Shown here in pieces: positions 1 to 9,871 of a DNA stretch of 64,000 nucleotides. A program made the translations under genes and the position numbers. Position 1 is the first letter of the stretch; every line of letters starts with the position of its first letter. Source of the DNA: Fervidobacterium sp. (GTDB lineage: Bacteria; Thermotogota; Thermotogae; Thermotogales; Fervidobacteriaceae); the NCBI GenBank assembly GCA_049970055.1, contig JBMFNR010000003.1, positions 32,001 through 96,000 of the forward strand, in the 5' to 3' direction. The notes below the pieces were generated by a model. It saw nothing but the letters and a program-made list of their open reading frames with translations. It was not told the DNA's origin and did no database searches.

Positions 1-153
1 CTTTTATATTTGCTTCTATCAAGATATGGAAGTCACGTTCTAGAGCAACGATCTCCGATGTGATTATATGAGCTCCTTTCTTAAGAAGAAAATAAGTTAT
101 ATCGTTAACAGTCATTACAATGAGTTTTTCAATTTCCATTCTTATCGCCTCTC

Positions 154-1398
154 CTACCGTCCTCGTGTTAGTTTTTTTGAAAGGTTTTCTTTTAATTTAT
201 TCCACCCATCAATAATCGCAAGTAAAAACATAGCAACGAAACCACCAGAAAAACCGTTGTTGTAAAGATTGAATCCCAAGTGTAGATAAGACAAATTCAT
301 AACTAGTGCACTATGGAGAAATCCGGCGATGATTCCCCAAACAAAACCAAATTCTCCCGCAATAGGTGCAAGAGTTGTACCAAATAGTAACGCAAGAACC
401 ATGGAAGCACTATTTATTGGTTGAACATTTGTGAGTGCGCCTATAATAACACCTAAAGTGATCGGTAGGATATTTTTAGGGTGTTTTCCCAGCGCACCAA
501 AACCAGCTAAAGTCATTATACCTCCGATTGTTGGTCCATTAAGAGGTGCACCAATTAGAAGAACATAAGTTGTACCTGCTAAGCCGAGTACTCCAATGTT
601 GATTATCGAAACAGCTTCATTCTCCAGTAAAACAAAATCTGTTAAAAGTTTTCCACTGTACTTGGTTAAGTTCCAGTATCCTGAAAAAGTCCAATTATTG
701 AGTTTCAAACCGTATATTAGAGTAAGATAAAAGAACGTGTAAACGAATATAGACAAGAGCAGTTGATTTTCAGTGTACCAGTAGTATCTTGGTTCGGGAT
801 GCAATTCGTAGGCTTTCATTATTGAACCTAAAAACATTCCTAAAAATCCAGCTGTGAATCCCACGTTATACAGGTTGAATCCCCTGTGTAATGTCAAAGA
901 AAAGCTTGCAAGTGATGGTAAAAGAAAACCAATTAATAAGACCAATCCAAGACCAATAAAACCTGTATGATTAAGTTTTGTAAGTACAAGATGTGTAGTA
1001 ATCGGAGCTAAAGCGGTACCAAATAACGCCACATATAGGTAAGTACGTATATTTTCACCTATCATTATTGTGTAAAGGAAAACTCCAATTACAATTGGCC
1101 AGACGTTTACTATATTTTTTCCAAACAGTGCAAATCCGCCAATCGTCATTATTGCTGCAATCGAAACACCTGAAGGATTAATCTTTAATAGTTTGAGCAA
1201 AAGTGTGAACAGTAGCATCAACAAACCACTGTTGAAGAACGCACCACCAACACCTGCAATTTCCATATAGTCAGTTATTAGATAATCCTGAGAAATTACT
1301 ATAGTCTTAACTTCGTCAATTAAATTAATATTTCCAACAATTAAACCAAGTGCAATAAACACTAACGCTACTGCGAAAAGAAAGTTATAAATTATCAA
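154..1398 (-). CDS. DUF1576-type multi-pass membrane protein
   Basis: Hydrophobic, with duplicated GFALFGKN/GFGALGKH, FGTALAP/FGTTLAP and GFNLYN repeats. TTG start at 1398 after a GGGGG RBS (ORF track starts at 1413). Confidence 0.75.
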   Translation of the reverse strand: MIIYNFLFAVALVFIALGLIVGNINLIDEVKTIVISQDYLITDYMEIAGVGGAFFNSGLLMLLFTLLLKLLKINPSGVSIAAIMTIGGFALFGKNIVNVWPIVIGVFLYTIMIGENIRTYLYVALFGTALAPITTHLVLTKLNHTGFIGLGLVLLIGFLLPSLASFSLTLHRGFNLYNVGFTAGFLGMFLGSIMKAYELHPEPRYYWYTENQLLLSIFVYTFFYLTLIYGLKLNNWTFSGYWNLTKYSGKLLTDFVLLENEAVSIINIGVLGLAGTTYVLLIGAPLNGPTIGGIMTLAGFGALGKHPKNILPITLGVIIGALTNVQPINSASMVLALLFGTTLAPIAGEFGFVWGIIAGFLHSALVMNLSYLHLGFNLYNNGFSGGFVAMFLLAIIDGWNKLKENLSKKLTRGR

Positions 1399-1545
1399 AG
1401 AGATACCCCCCAATTATCTCATGTAATCTATGTGAATTATACCGTACTTTGTAAAACAAATATACAAAAAAAGAGTACTTTTTGGGCTCTTGTGTTTTTT
1501 ATAATATTCACTTTTTGGCTTGTCTTAGTTCTTTATATTATTGAG

Positions 1546-2247
1546 CTATGTTCGAAGGTTTTCCCAACTGTTGTTATCATCAGCTTCATTCTTCAAAAAT
1601 CTTACCCCTAGATAGACGATCCAAGTATCAATGTAATCAAGGAAGAATTCAACAACCGTTGTTGTTAGAAATATCTGAAAGTAGGTTTTCATATCAACGA
1701 GCCCAACAAAAGCGATTGTCACAAAGATTAAGTTGTCAATAATTTGGCCCAATTTCGTCGCAGCATTGTTTCTCATCCATAACTTGGTCTTTCTTTTCAG
1801 TGAGTGGTGAATCCAAACCGCTGTGTAACCAGACAAAATAAACGCTGTCCAGCTTGCAATTGCTATTCTTGGTGTTATCGTAAAGACCTGTGAAAGATAA
1901 CTCTGGGCAAAATCATTTCCAGAAGGAATATAACTTGTGTAAACCAGTCCAAGCATTACAAATAAAAGTTGCGCGAAAAATCCGATCCAGACAGCTCTTC
2001 GCCCATCAGATTGTCCATAAACCTCGGTTAGTATTGAATAAATGACGAAAGCCATTCCCATACTCATGTTTGCCGCAGTAACTTCAAGGCCAAATAAATT
2101 GAAAAGCTTTGCAACACCAAGGTTTGAGGCTATTATCAAAGTTGCTAGAACAACATATGCTCCTTCTTTCCTCAAAAATCTTAGCGCAAGTAAAACTGCT
2201 AAACCGGATAAGATATACTCAAGGCCGAGTACAAACAAGTTGAACAT
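1546..2247 (-). CDS. Queuosine precursor transporter (VUT/YhhQ family)
   Basis: Motifs SILTEVYG..GRRAVWIGF, TPRIAIASW, LWMRNN and GQIIDNLIFVTIAF. Confidence 0.8.
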   Translation of the reverse strand: MFNLFVLGLEYILSGLAVLLALRFLRKEGAYVVLATLIIASNLGVAKLFNLFGLEVTAANMSMGMAFVIYSILTEVYGQSDGRRAVWIGFFAQLLFVMLGLVYTSYIPSGNDFAQSYLSQVFTITPRIAIASWTAFILSGYTAVWIHHSLKRKTKLWMRNNAATKLGQIIDNLIFVTIAFVGLVDMKTYFQIFLTTTVVEFFLDYIDTWIVYLGVRFLKNEADDNNSWENLRT

Positions 2248-2290
2248 ATTCTACAACCTCCTAAAGTTATTCTAAATTCTTTCGTTTTAA

Positions 2291-2626
2291 TTATTGTAAC
2301 TGCTCCAAAGCTTGACTTAAAGACTCAAAAACTCTTATTACTTTATCCATTCCTGTTACTTCGAGCACATGCATTATATTTTCGTTCGGCGCTAGGATTC
2401 CAAGGAATCCATTTTGGTTGATAGCTCTTTTATAAAGACTAATCATCATTCCAAGAGCAAAACTATCTAAGTTCTCCAACTGACTCATATCTAGTAATAT
2501 ATTTTTCTCGCCCTTTTTTAAGAATTCTTCTGTTACCCAGTCACGAAAACTTGTTGAATTTTTCATATTTAGTTCGCCCTTCATTTTGATTACAACAGCG
2601 CCGTTATGTTTTACCCATTCGTACAT
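2291..2626 (-). CDS. STAS-domain anti-sigma factor antagonist
   Basis: 111 aa; KGELNM, LDMSQLENLDSFALG (phosphorylatable Ser) and LEVTGMDKVI. Confidence 0.85.
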   Translation of the reverse strand: MYEWVKHNGAVVIKMKGELNMKNSTSFRDWVTEEFLKKGEKNILLDMSQLENLDSFALGMMISLYKRAINQNGFLGILAPNENIMHVLEVTGMDKVIRVFESLSQALEQLQ

Positions 2627-2637
2627 AAAATTTCACC

Positions 2638-3993
2638 TCAATTCAGTAGTACATAGGTTAAATAGATTGCCAAACTTGATGTGAACAAAACTAGCATAGC
2701 TATTGGGAACGTTTCTTTCATAAATTTTTTATTGTTCATTTCTACACCATAAGATTTCAATATTTTTGACCACATTATACCAGCTAAGGCACCTATCAAT
2801 GTTATGTTTCCGCCTATATTTGAACCGAGGATTAAACTCATCGCGTAATATAACGGCTTCCCCCATAGTGCTTGCGCAAAAAATATTGTCATCGGTTGAT
2901 TTATCATAATGTTGGAAGCAAAGGCGGTAGTGTACGATGTAACGATTGTGCCAAGTAAAGGATTTTGAAAGTTAAATAGTAACCCTACGTACTTGGTAAC
3001 ACCCATAAGGGTGAATATATGGACAAATACAAAGAACGTTACAACCATTGGTAGCATTTTCCAAGGAACTCTTTTTAGCGTGTCAATTAGAAAGGTAATG
3101 TTATAATTAAATTTCCCGATTTCTAAGGTAAACTCATTACGCTCTGACATGGAATCGGAATAGGTTGCGTTAAGCAGTATGTAAATTGCGGAAAAAATCA
3201 ATACTGATTTCCAAAGTTGAAAGTTTATAAGGTCTCCTATCGCGACAATAATAAAAAACATTACGAACAATCCCGTAGATAGTATAGCGTATTTTTTGTC
3301 CTTAATGATTGTTTTTTCATCGAGTTGAATCTCAATATCTATCCGCTCAGGTAACTTTTTCTTGTATTGTAGGTAAAATCCTATCGTGGATGTAAAGGCT
3401 GCTGTTAGCGTTGGGAAGAACATCAATTTTACGTAACTGCCGAATGTTAGTGAATACGCTTGTGCAACTATTACGTTAGTTGGATTACCAATGTAAAAAA
3501 ACATGCTCCACGTGTTGGATGTGAAAAATATTGTTATTAAGTACGGAAGAGGATCTATACCTGCGTACTGACTTATATAAACTACTATTGGCGTTAGTGT
3601 TAGTGTAACTATATCGTTTGATGTAAATACAGTCATTACACCTGCAAGAGTTACTAAATTAAAAAACAATTTTTTTCCATTATCTGATGATTTTGCAAAT
3701 TTGTAAGCAATTATTTTTAAAACACCTGAAGCATCGAGTGACCCGCATATGTACGCAGACCCGAAAAATATTATTAAAATTTGCCAGGGTACGATGTTTA
3801 TCTGAGGCATTATAGCAGATTTTATAGTTGTTAGTGATGCAATTCCAGATGCCAGTAAAAGACCAAGTACGCCAAGTGAGACTCTTCCATAGTCAAAAAT
3901 AACTTTCCTGTTCTTGAGTACAAGTTCTGGCTCCTTCACAACTAAGTATACTGTAGCAAAAAATAGGTGGATTGTTATTATCGTTGCTACCAT
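2638..3993 (-). CDS. ArsB/NhaD (ion transporter superfamily) permease
   Basis: FTSNDIVTLTLTP, IGNPTNVIVA and GSNIGGNITLIGALAGIMW motifs. Confidence 0.8.
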   Translation of the reverse strand: MVATIITIHLFFATVYLVVKEPELVLKNRKVIFDYGRVSLGVLGLLLASGIASLTTIKSAIMPQINIVPWQILIIFFGSAYICGSLDASGVLKIIAYKFAKSSDNGKKLFFNLVTLAGVMTVFTSNDIVTLTLTPIVVYISQYAGIDPLPYLITIFFTSNTWSMFFYIGNPTNVIVAQAYSLTFGSYVKLMFFPTLTAAFTSTIGFYLQYKKKLPERIDIEIQLDEKTIIKDKKYAILSTGLFVMFFIIVAIGDLINFQLWKSVLIFSAIYILLNATYSDSMSERNEFTLEIGKFNYNITFLIDTLKRVPWKMLPMVVTFFVFVHIFTLMGVTKYVGLLFNFQNPLLGTIVTSYTTAFASNIMINQPMTIFFAQALWGKPLYYAMSLILGSNIGGNITLIGALAGIMWSKILKSYGVEMNNKKFMKETFPIAMLVLFTSSLAIYLTYVLLN

Positions 3994-4018
3994 ACTAGCC
4001 TCCTAATTACCTTGAAAG

Positions 4019-4746
4019 TTACATTAGTGGGCCTTTTGTGATCAGTTCTGTTGCTTCCTCGTCTGTAAGTCCTTTTGCCATAAGTGTTTCCAGTTGCTTT
4101 TGGCTGACTCTTCCAATCGAGGCTTCATGCGTTAATTCAGCAAAATCATTCGTAATTTTAAGTACCGGGGTTGTTGAGACCTTTACACTCTCACCTTTCG
4201 TTATTTCTTCGCAAGATATATGTGCTTTTGAATATAGTGCGTTTCCGTAAGCCTCGTTTAGTACGTTAACTTTTGAATTGTCTAAGCCAACAACCACAGT
4301 TTTTGCAAGACCACGCACATGTTCTCCGCGGAGGTGTATTATTTCACTTATATCGACAGTATCATCTTTTGAAGCCTTTACTTTTGAGACCAGTTCACCG
4401 ACTGCGTATTCACCGAGTTCAAGGTTCATGATGACGATAAGTTTACCCACGAGTGTCTTTGTAAGATGGAATGTGTTTTTGTATACACCATCTTTCTGAA
4501 TTTTTGCGTTCGTTACCGTTTTCAACTCTATTGTACTATGACTCCTTCCTGGATTTCTGTATCAACTTGTACACCATTTTCAATCTGTTTATGTGTCAAA
4601 TTAACACCCGGTACGTTGTTCAAACCAATAACTTTATCACCACTGATAATTATTGAAGCTATTCTCTTATCCATAAATTTCGACGCATCGGTTCCAAGCT
4701 TTTCTGTGGCTTTCACAATTGTTTCAAATTCTTTCCTTACGTCCAT
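4019..4746 (-). pseudogene. SufB/SufD-family protein, disrupted (frameshift, probably from an internal deletion)
   Basis: A 72-aa fragment ends GVIVQ* at 4528. A different frame continues TIELKTVT... to the SufBD C-terminal motif THEASIGRVSQKQLETLMAKGL. Confidence 0.75.
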
Positions 4747-4747
4747 A

Positions 4748-5479
4748 TTATTTCAACTCCGCTGGAATATGAATGTTTGGATATTCACATGTTTCACAGC
4801 TGTTTCTGAATGCAGCTATTACATTATCTGTCTTTCCATGCATCAGGACTTTTCCTGAACAGATTAGATAACCATAATCTGTATTTGCTGCCATCTCTTC
4901 CCTTTGTGTAATGTTTATAGGTGTACCACCGTATTGGGCAATATAATTAACTATATCGTTTACTATTGAGAGACTCTTTAAGTCTATACCTGAATCTGGT
5001 TCGTCTAAGATAACGTACTTCTGTTTTAAAAGTAAGATTGATGCAAGTTCCACTCGTTTTCGTTCCCCACCACTTAATGTTTTGCCAGTAAATCTTTTTA
5101 AGTATATATTTGCGTTGAAACCAACAAACTCCAAAGCTTCCATTATTTCCGATTTTTGAACGGATATTTTTCCACCAAGCGTAAGGTAATTCTCTACGGT
5201 CAAACCATCAAATCTTGCGGGTTCTTGTCACATTAGTGTTATGCCAAGCCGTGCACGTTCTGTAACAGATAGGTTTGTTATATCTTGTCCATTCAGCAAA
5301 ACTCTACCTTCTAATGGCTTGTAACCATCAAGTCCCATTATCATGTATCCTATTGTGCTTTTTCCCGCACCGTTCGTACCTAGTATAGTGTATCGGTAAC
5401 CTGGTATGAATTTCATTGATAAGTTACTTAAAATTTGCTTTTCTTGAGTTCTGTAGGAAACATTTTCAAGTTCGAGCAC
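4748..5479 (-). pseudogene. SufC-like ABC ATPase with an internal in-frame TGA
   Basis: Walker A GTNGAGKST, then GITLM-TGA(5228-5230)-QEPARFDGLTVE in the same frame, signature LSGGERKR and Walker B ILDEPDSG. Confidence 0.85.
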
Positions 5480-5506
5480 AGAGTCCCATCTTTTTGCTGA
5501 TATATT

Positions 5507-6214
5507 TTATACCTTCGAAACATTATTGCCGTCAAATTTTCCAATTGTCTTAAATAAATCCGTCCGTTTACAAAATTCTACGTCTTTTTGAAAACCAAGT
5601 TGAATTAATTTTTTTGCGTGCGATCCTGTAAAATCTGGTTTGCTAAGAGAATTCCAAAGTTGGTATGCGATTTTAGACGTGTCGGTTAATTCGTATGAAT
5701 GTTTTTCCATTAGCTTTTTAATGATAAATCCTGCAAGTTGTGTATCTTCATAGGATGGTTTTCCGTTGTTTCCAGCACAAACTATGGCTATCTTTTTGTA
5801 GTGTGAAATCTCTTTTACTAAAGCTGAAATGTTCAAAAAAGCACCAATATATACATTATCCGACAAAATCATAGCTTTTAAAAGGGCCTTCGTTCCGTTT
5901 GTTGTTGTTAGTACAATTTTGCGGTTATTAACTACCTCCTCCTTGAATTCTAACGGAGAATTGCCAAGGTCGAATCCTTTTGGTTTTAAACCTTTTCTTT
6001 CGCCGCAAATTAAAAAACCTGTTTTTTTAAGTTCAAAAGCTTCGTTGATTGTGGAAACAGGAATGATAGCACTTGCACTATTGCTTAATGCAGTTATCAT
6101 TGTTGATGTGGCTCGTAATACATCGATTACTACAGCTGCTTCAAACCTGTAAAATTCTTGGTGCACCTTAGTAACTTTGTCTATCTCGCTGAAGGTAAAA
6201 AAAGTTTCTATCAA
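5507..6214 (-). CDS. 2-phosphosulfolactate phosphatase family protein (ComB-like)
   Basis: VVIDVLRATST, GERKG, DLGNSP, TTTNGT and EDT motifs. TTG start after AGGTG. Confidence 0.85.
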   Translation of the reverse strand: MIETFFTFSEIDKVTKVHQEFYRFEAAVVIDVLRATSTMITALSNSASAIIPVSTINEAFELKKTGFLICGERKGLKPKGFDLGNSPLEFKEEVVNNRKIVLTTTNGTKALLKAMILSDNVYIGAFLNISALVKEISHYKKIAIVCAGNNGKPSYEDTQLAGFIIKKLMEKHSYELTDTSKIAYQLWNSLSKPDFTGSHAKKLIQLGFQKDVEFCKRTDLFKTIGKFDGNNVSKV

Positions 6215-6369
6215 TTTAAACACCTACTTAATTGATCAACTTTTAATCGATCAACCTTGGTCAGTCTTGATTGATTTTACAAAAAAAACAGGGTATATAA
6301 TCATATATCTACCCTATCATATTATACCTTACAAAAGGTGCCAAAGATTTCTAAATTCGGGAAAACAAA

Positions 6370-8064
6370 TTAATTTTCTGTTAATCTTTTGATAAAATCG
6401 TTCACAGCCATAGGTTTGCCAAAATAATACCCTTGGAAGAGTCTAAAACCAATCATTGATAGTATTTCCAATTGCTTTTCGTTTTCAACGCCCTCTGGTA
6501 TAGCTTCGAGTTGGAATGATTTTGCAATATTGTATATTGCTTCAAGAAGCTTTGCAGACTTCTTGTCTTCAGGAAGCTTGAAAACAAATGATCTATCTAT
6601 TTTAATCTTTTTAAGTGGTAGCATAGATAGATAGTAAAGTGAAGAATAACCTGTGCCAAAATCGTCTATACAAAGTTGAAAACCATAACTGAGTAACTTT
6701 TCTATGTTATTTTTTACAACTTCAGTCATATCAATAAGTATGTTTTCGGTGATCTCAATAACAATTTTCGATGGATCGACACCGTAAGCTTTGAGAATTT
6801 CGAAAAATCTTTCCGCCATATTTTGGTCACGCAATTGAACGGGACTTACGTTAACGTCAATGAACTCAAGAGATGGAATTCTTTCAAAAGTTTCACAAAC
6901 TTGCCTAAGAATTTCTTCTCCAACGGGAACGATCATACCATTTTCTTCGAGTAAATTGATAAATTCTACAGGTGGTACTACACTTCCGTCTTTTTTCACC
7001 CACCTCACAAGGGCTTCTGCGCCTATTATTCTTCCATGGTACTGACTTATCGGCTGGAGGAATACTTTTAAATCTTTGTTATAGAGAGCTTCTTTTAGCA
7101 ATTTTTCCTTAATCGATTTCTCTTGTAATTCCGTATCTATCAGAAAACTGTAGAAAACTACCTTGTCTCTCGATGATTTGGCACGTTTAAGAGCCAGGTT
7201 GACTTTCCTCATAACTTCTTCAAAGTGATCAAGCATACTGAATGCGTGAATTCCAAAAGAGAATTTCACATCGAATGCCTCATTTTGGATGTAGTACGTT
7301 TTTGAAATTTCATGAAGGATCTTCGTAACTATAGATTGCAAAATTTCTCTTGCCTGTTGGTATGATTTACCTACCTTTTCTACAAGAATCCAAAATTCAT
7401 CTGCGTACGGTCGGGCAATGGTATCTCCCTCTCGAAGTGAACTTTTTATGCGTGATGCTATAGCCTTTAACAACTCATCGCCAATTTGATGCCCTTTTAG
7501 AATGTTTATTTGGCTGAAATTGTTTACATCTATATAGATTAACCCATGATAATCGTCAATAGAAGAAAATTCATTTAGACTTGACAACTTTTTAATAAAA
7601 TATCCTCTCGTATACAAACCTGTCAGCGTATCTCTTTGAAGTATATTCTTTACAACACTCAATGCCTCTTTTTCAGCACTAATATCTGTGTAAAACGCAT
7701 AAAGTAGCGGATCAATTTTTCCATTTTCAGATATCTTTGCAACAGTCAGTCTAACGCTTATTTCTGTTCCGTCTTTACGTTTTCTTATAGTTTCAGCTCT
7801 AAGCGTGTTATTTTGCAAGGCAAACTCTCTCAATTTTTTTGGTTCTTCCTTTATAGTTTCTGGGACAATGAGGTTATCAACAACATGGCCAATGACTTCA
7901 TCTTCCCTAAAACCGAACATATCTAGAAAGTATTTATTGCACTTAAGTACTGTGCCATCTGATTTCAGGATAACAACCCCATCAGGAACATTGTTGAAAA
8001 GAGCATCGAACATTTCAACAAGTTCTTCTTTTAAAGTATTGTAGTCTACCCCTTCACTAAACAT
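6370..8064 (-). CDS. PAS-GGDEF-EAL signalling protein, probable c-di-GMP phosphodiesterase
   Basis: PAS (RKRKDG), DTLTGL, degenerate YADEF, intact EALVRW, EITE and DDFGTGYSSL. Confidence 0.9.
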   Translation of the reverse strand: MFSEGVDYNTLKEELVEMFDALFNNVPDGVVILKSDGTVLKCNKYFLDMFGFREDEVIGHVVDNLIVPETIKEEPKKLREFALQNNTLRAETIRKRKDGTEISVRLTVAKISENGKIDPLLYAFYTDISAEKEALSVVKNILQRDTLTGLYTRGYFIKKLSSLNEFSSIDDYHGLIYIDVNNFSQINILKGHQIGDELLKAIASRIKSSLREGDTIARPYADEFWILVEKVGKSYQQAREILQSIVTKILHEISKTYYIQNEAFDVKFSFGIHAFSMLDHFEEVMRKVNLALKRAKSSRDKVVFYSFLIDTELQEKSIKEKLLKEALYNKDLKVFLQPISQYHGRIIGAEALVRWVKKDGSVVPPVEFINLLEENGMIVPVGEEILRQVCETFERIPSLEFIDVNVSPVQLRDQNMAERFFEILKAYGVDPSKIVIEITENILIDMTEVVKNNIEKLLSYGFQLCIDDFGTGYSSLYYLSMLPLKKIKIDRSFVFKLPEDKKSAKLLEAIYNIAKSFQLEAIPEGVENEKQLEILSMIGFRLFQGYYFGKPMAVNDFIKRLTEN

Positions 8065-8287
8065 ATATATCCACCCTTCTAAGAAAAGTATGATCTAAAG
8101 ATAGGTATGAAAAAAGTTGAGTAAAATACTAATAAATGATAAAATAACAATAACTTCGCAAAAATTTCTGGAGCATTACTTGGTTCTTTAAAGTTAACAT
8201 ATGTTACTTCTCATTAAAAATATATCACAATGTGCTCAGAAAATTAGTGGAATTTTTAATAAAATAAAAATAAAAAGGAGGATTCTT

Positions 8288-9403
8288 ATGGATGCATTAC
8301 AGCTACACGAATTATTAAAGGGAAAGTATAGAATGTTGCCGACAATTGAAGTTACTGATGAAAATTTGAAATTACTTTACACCCCAGGTGTTGGAGATGT
8401 AGCGAGGAAATGTGCAGAAAATCCGGAAAATACGTTTATTTACACGAGAAGAAAACACGCAATTGCGATTGTTAGTGACGGAAGTGCTGTTTTAGGTTTG
8501 GGCAACATAGGAGCGTACGGAGCACTCCCAGTTATGGAAGGTAAAGCTATATTATTTAAGCAATTTGGTGATTTGGAAGCATTTCCAATATGTATAAATA
8601 CACAGAATATCGACGAAATCGTTGCATTTGTTAAGGCCCTTGAACCTTCTGTTGGAGGTATAAACTTAGAAGATATTTCAGCACCACGCTGTTTTGAAAT
8701 ATTGGAAAGATTGAATAATCAAATGAAGATTCCAGTATTTCACGATGACCAACAGGGGACTGCTGTAGTTGTGATAGCCGGCTTGCTAAACGCTCTGAAA
8801 TTAGCTGGGAAAAAAATCGAGGAAGTAAAAATTGTTGTTAACGGCATTGGTGCTGCTGGATATAATATTGTGAAACTATTGATGAAATTTGGTGCGAAGC
8901 ATGTTGTACCGTGCGATGTTAATGGTATAATAAATGAAAAAACAGCTCTTCACAAATATCATGTGGAGATCAGTGAACTCACAGGTAATCTTAATAACAC
9001 CGGTTCTTTAAGAGATGCTATTGTTGACGCTGATGTCTTTATAGGTGTCTCAAAGGGAGGAATTTTGTCAGGAGACGATGTAAAGAGAATGAACAAAGCA
9101 CCGATCATTTTCGCGCTGGCAAACCCTTATCCAGAGATAATGCCAAAGGATGCTTACGGAAATGGTGCTTTTATTGTTGCAACTGGACGGTCGGATTTCA
9201 TTAACCAGGTAAATAATTTACTTGCATTCCCAGGCATCATGAAAGCAGCTATAGAAAAACAAGTTAAGATCAACGAGCAATTTCTAATCAAAGCAGCACA
9301 TATACTCTCAAGTATCATTGAACCTTCAAAAGATCGAATTTTACCGAAAGCTACTGATAGGAGAGTTCATGATGAACTGTATTATGGACTTTTGGAAACC
9401 TGA
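8288..9403 (+). CDS. NAD(P)-dependent malic enzyme
   Basis: YTPGV, DGSAVLGLGNIG, PVMEGKA, INLEDI, FHDDQQGT and GIGAAG. ATG at 8288 after AGGAGG. Confidence 0.92.
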   Translation: MDALQLHELLKGKYRMLPTIEVTDENLKLLYTPGVGDVARKCAENPENTFIYTRRKHAIAIVSDGSAVLGLGNIGAYGALPVMEGKAILFKQFGDLEAFPICINTQNIDEIVAFVKALEPSVGGINLEDISAPRCFEILERLNNQMKIPVFHDDQQGTAVVVIAGLLNALKLAGKKIEEVKIVVNGIGAAGYNIVKLLMKFGAKHVVPCDVNGIINEKTALHKYHVEISELTGNLNNTGSLRDAIVDADVFIGVSKGGILSGDDVKRMNKAPIIFALANPYPEIMPKDAYGNGAFIVATGRSDFINQVNNLLAFPGIMKAAIEKQVKINEQFLIKAAHILSSIIEPSKDRILPKATDRRVHDELYYGLLET

Positions 9404-9422
9404 AACTACTGAGGTGAAGAAT

Positions 9423-9824
9423 ATGAAAAGGATCATTCCTTTGTTTTTGTTGGTCGTTATCTGTGTGGCATCTTTTTCTAATGTTAGTTCAAAGAGCAGT
9501 ATATATGTATCTCTTAGCAACGAAAATTTTATTAGCGTTGAGTTTAGGTCGTATATGGATAATTATTCCAACATCTTTGCTTCTGTTGGCTTGAATCATA
9601 TAAAAACTGGATTTCGTTTCTCTTCGAAGCATACGCAAGGTATGTATTTAAGTCCGCATCTGTCAATAAAGTATAACGGCGTTCTCTCGTTTGGGTTTGT
9701 CGTAGGTTGGTCAGAAGTGGTGGGGAATTTGCGTAATATTGAAATTTTCGTCGAAGCTGGAGGAGTTAACATTCCACAAAGGCCCACAGGTGTAGTGGTT
9801 GTGGGATGTCATGTAAAATTTTAA
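9423..9824 (+). CDS. Hypothetical secreted beta-rich protein, possibly a small outer-membrane beta-barrel
   Basis: GAGGTG RBS, signal peptide MKRIIPLFLLVVICVASFS, alternating beta-strand pattern and a C-terminal Phe. Confidence 0.6.
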   Translation: MKRIIPLFLLVVICVASFSNVSSKSSIYVSLSNENFISVEFRSYMDNYSNIFASVGLNHIKTGFRFSSKHTQGMYLSPHLSIKYNGVLSFGFVVGWSEVVGNLRNIEIFVEAGGVNIPQRPTGVVVVGCHVKF

Positions 9825-9871
9825 AAATGCTCTAGATACTTTATTTTGACTTTCATAAGGGGGGAGTATTT

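Noticed and set aside
2248..2290. preQ1 riboswitch upstream of the YhhQ-like transporter
   Set aside because: The gap is only about 43 bp and shows no recognisable preQ1 stem or pseudoknot.
5228..5230. In-frame TGA as selenocysteine or programmed readthrough
   Set aside because: It falls at a position expected to be Trp, not Cys. Other genes in the window use TGA as stop, and the operon carries further lesions.
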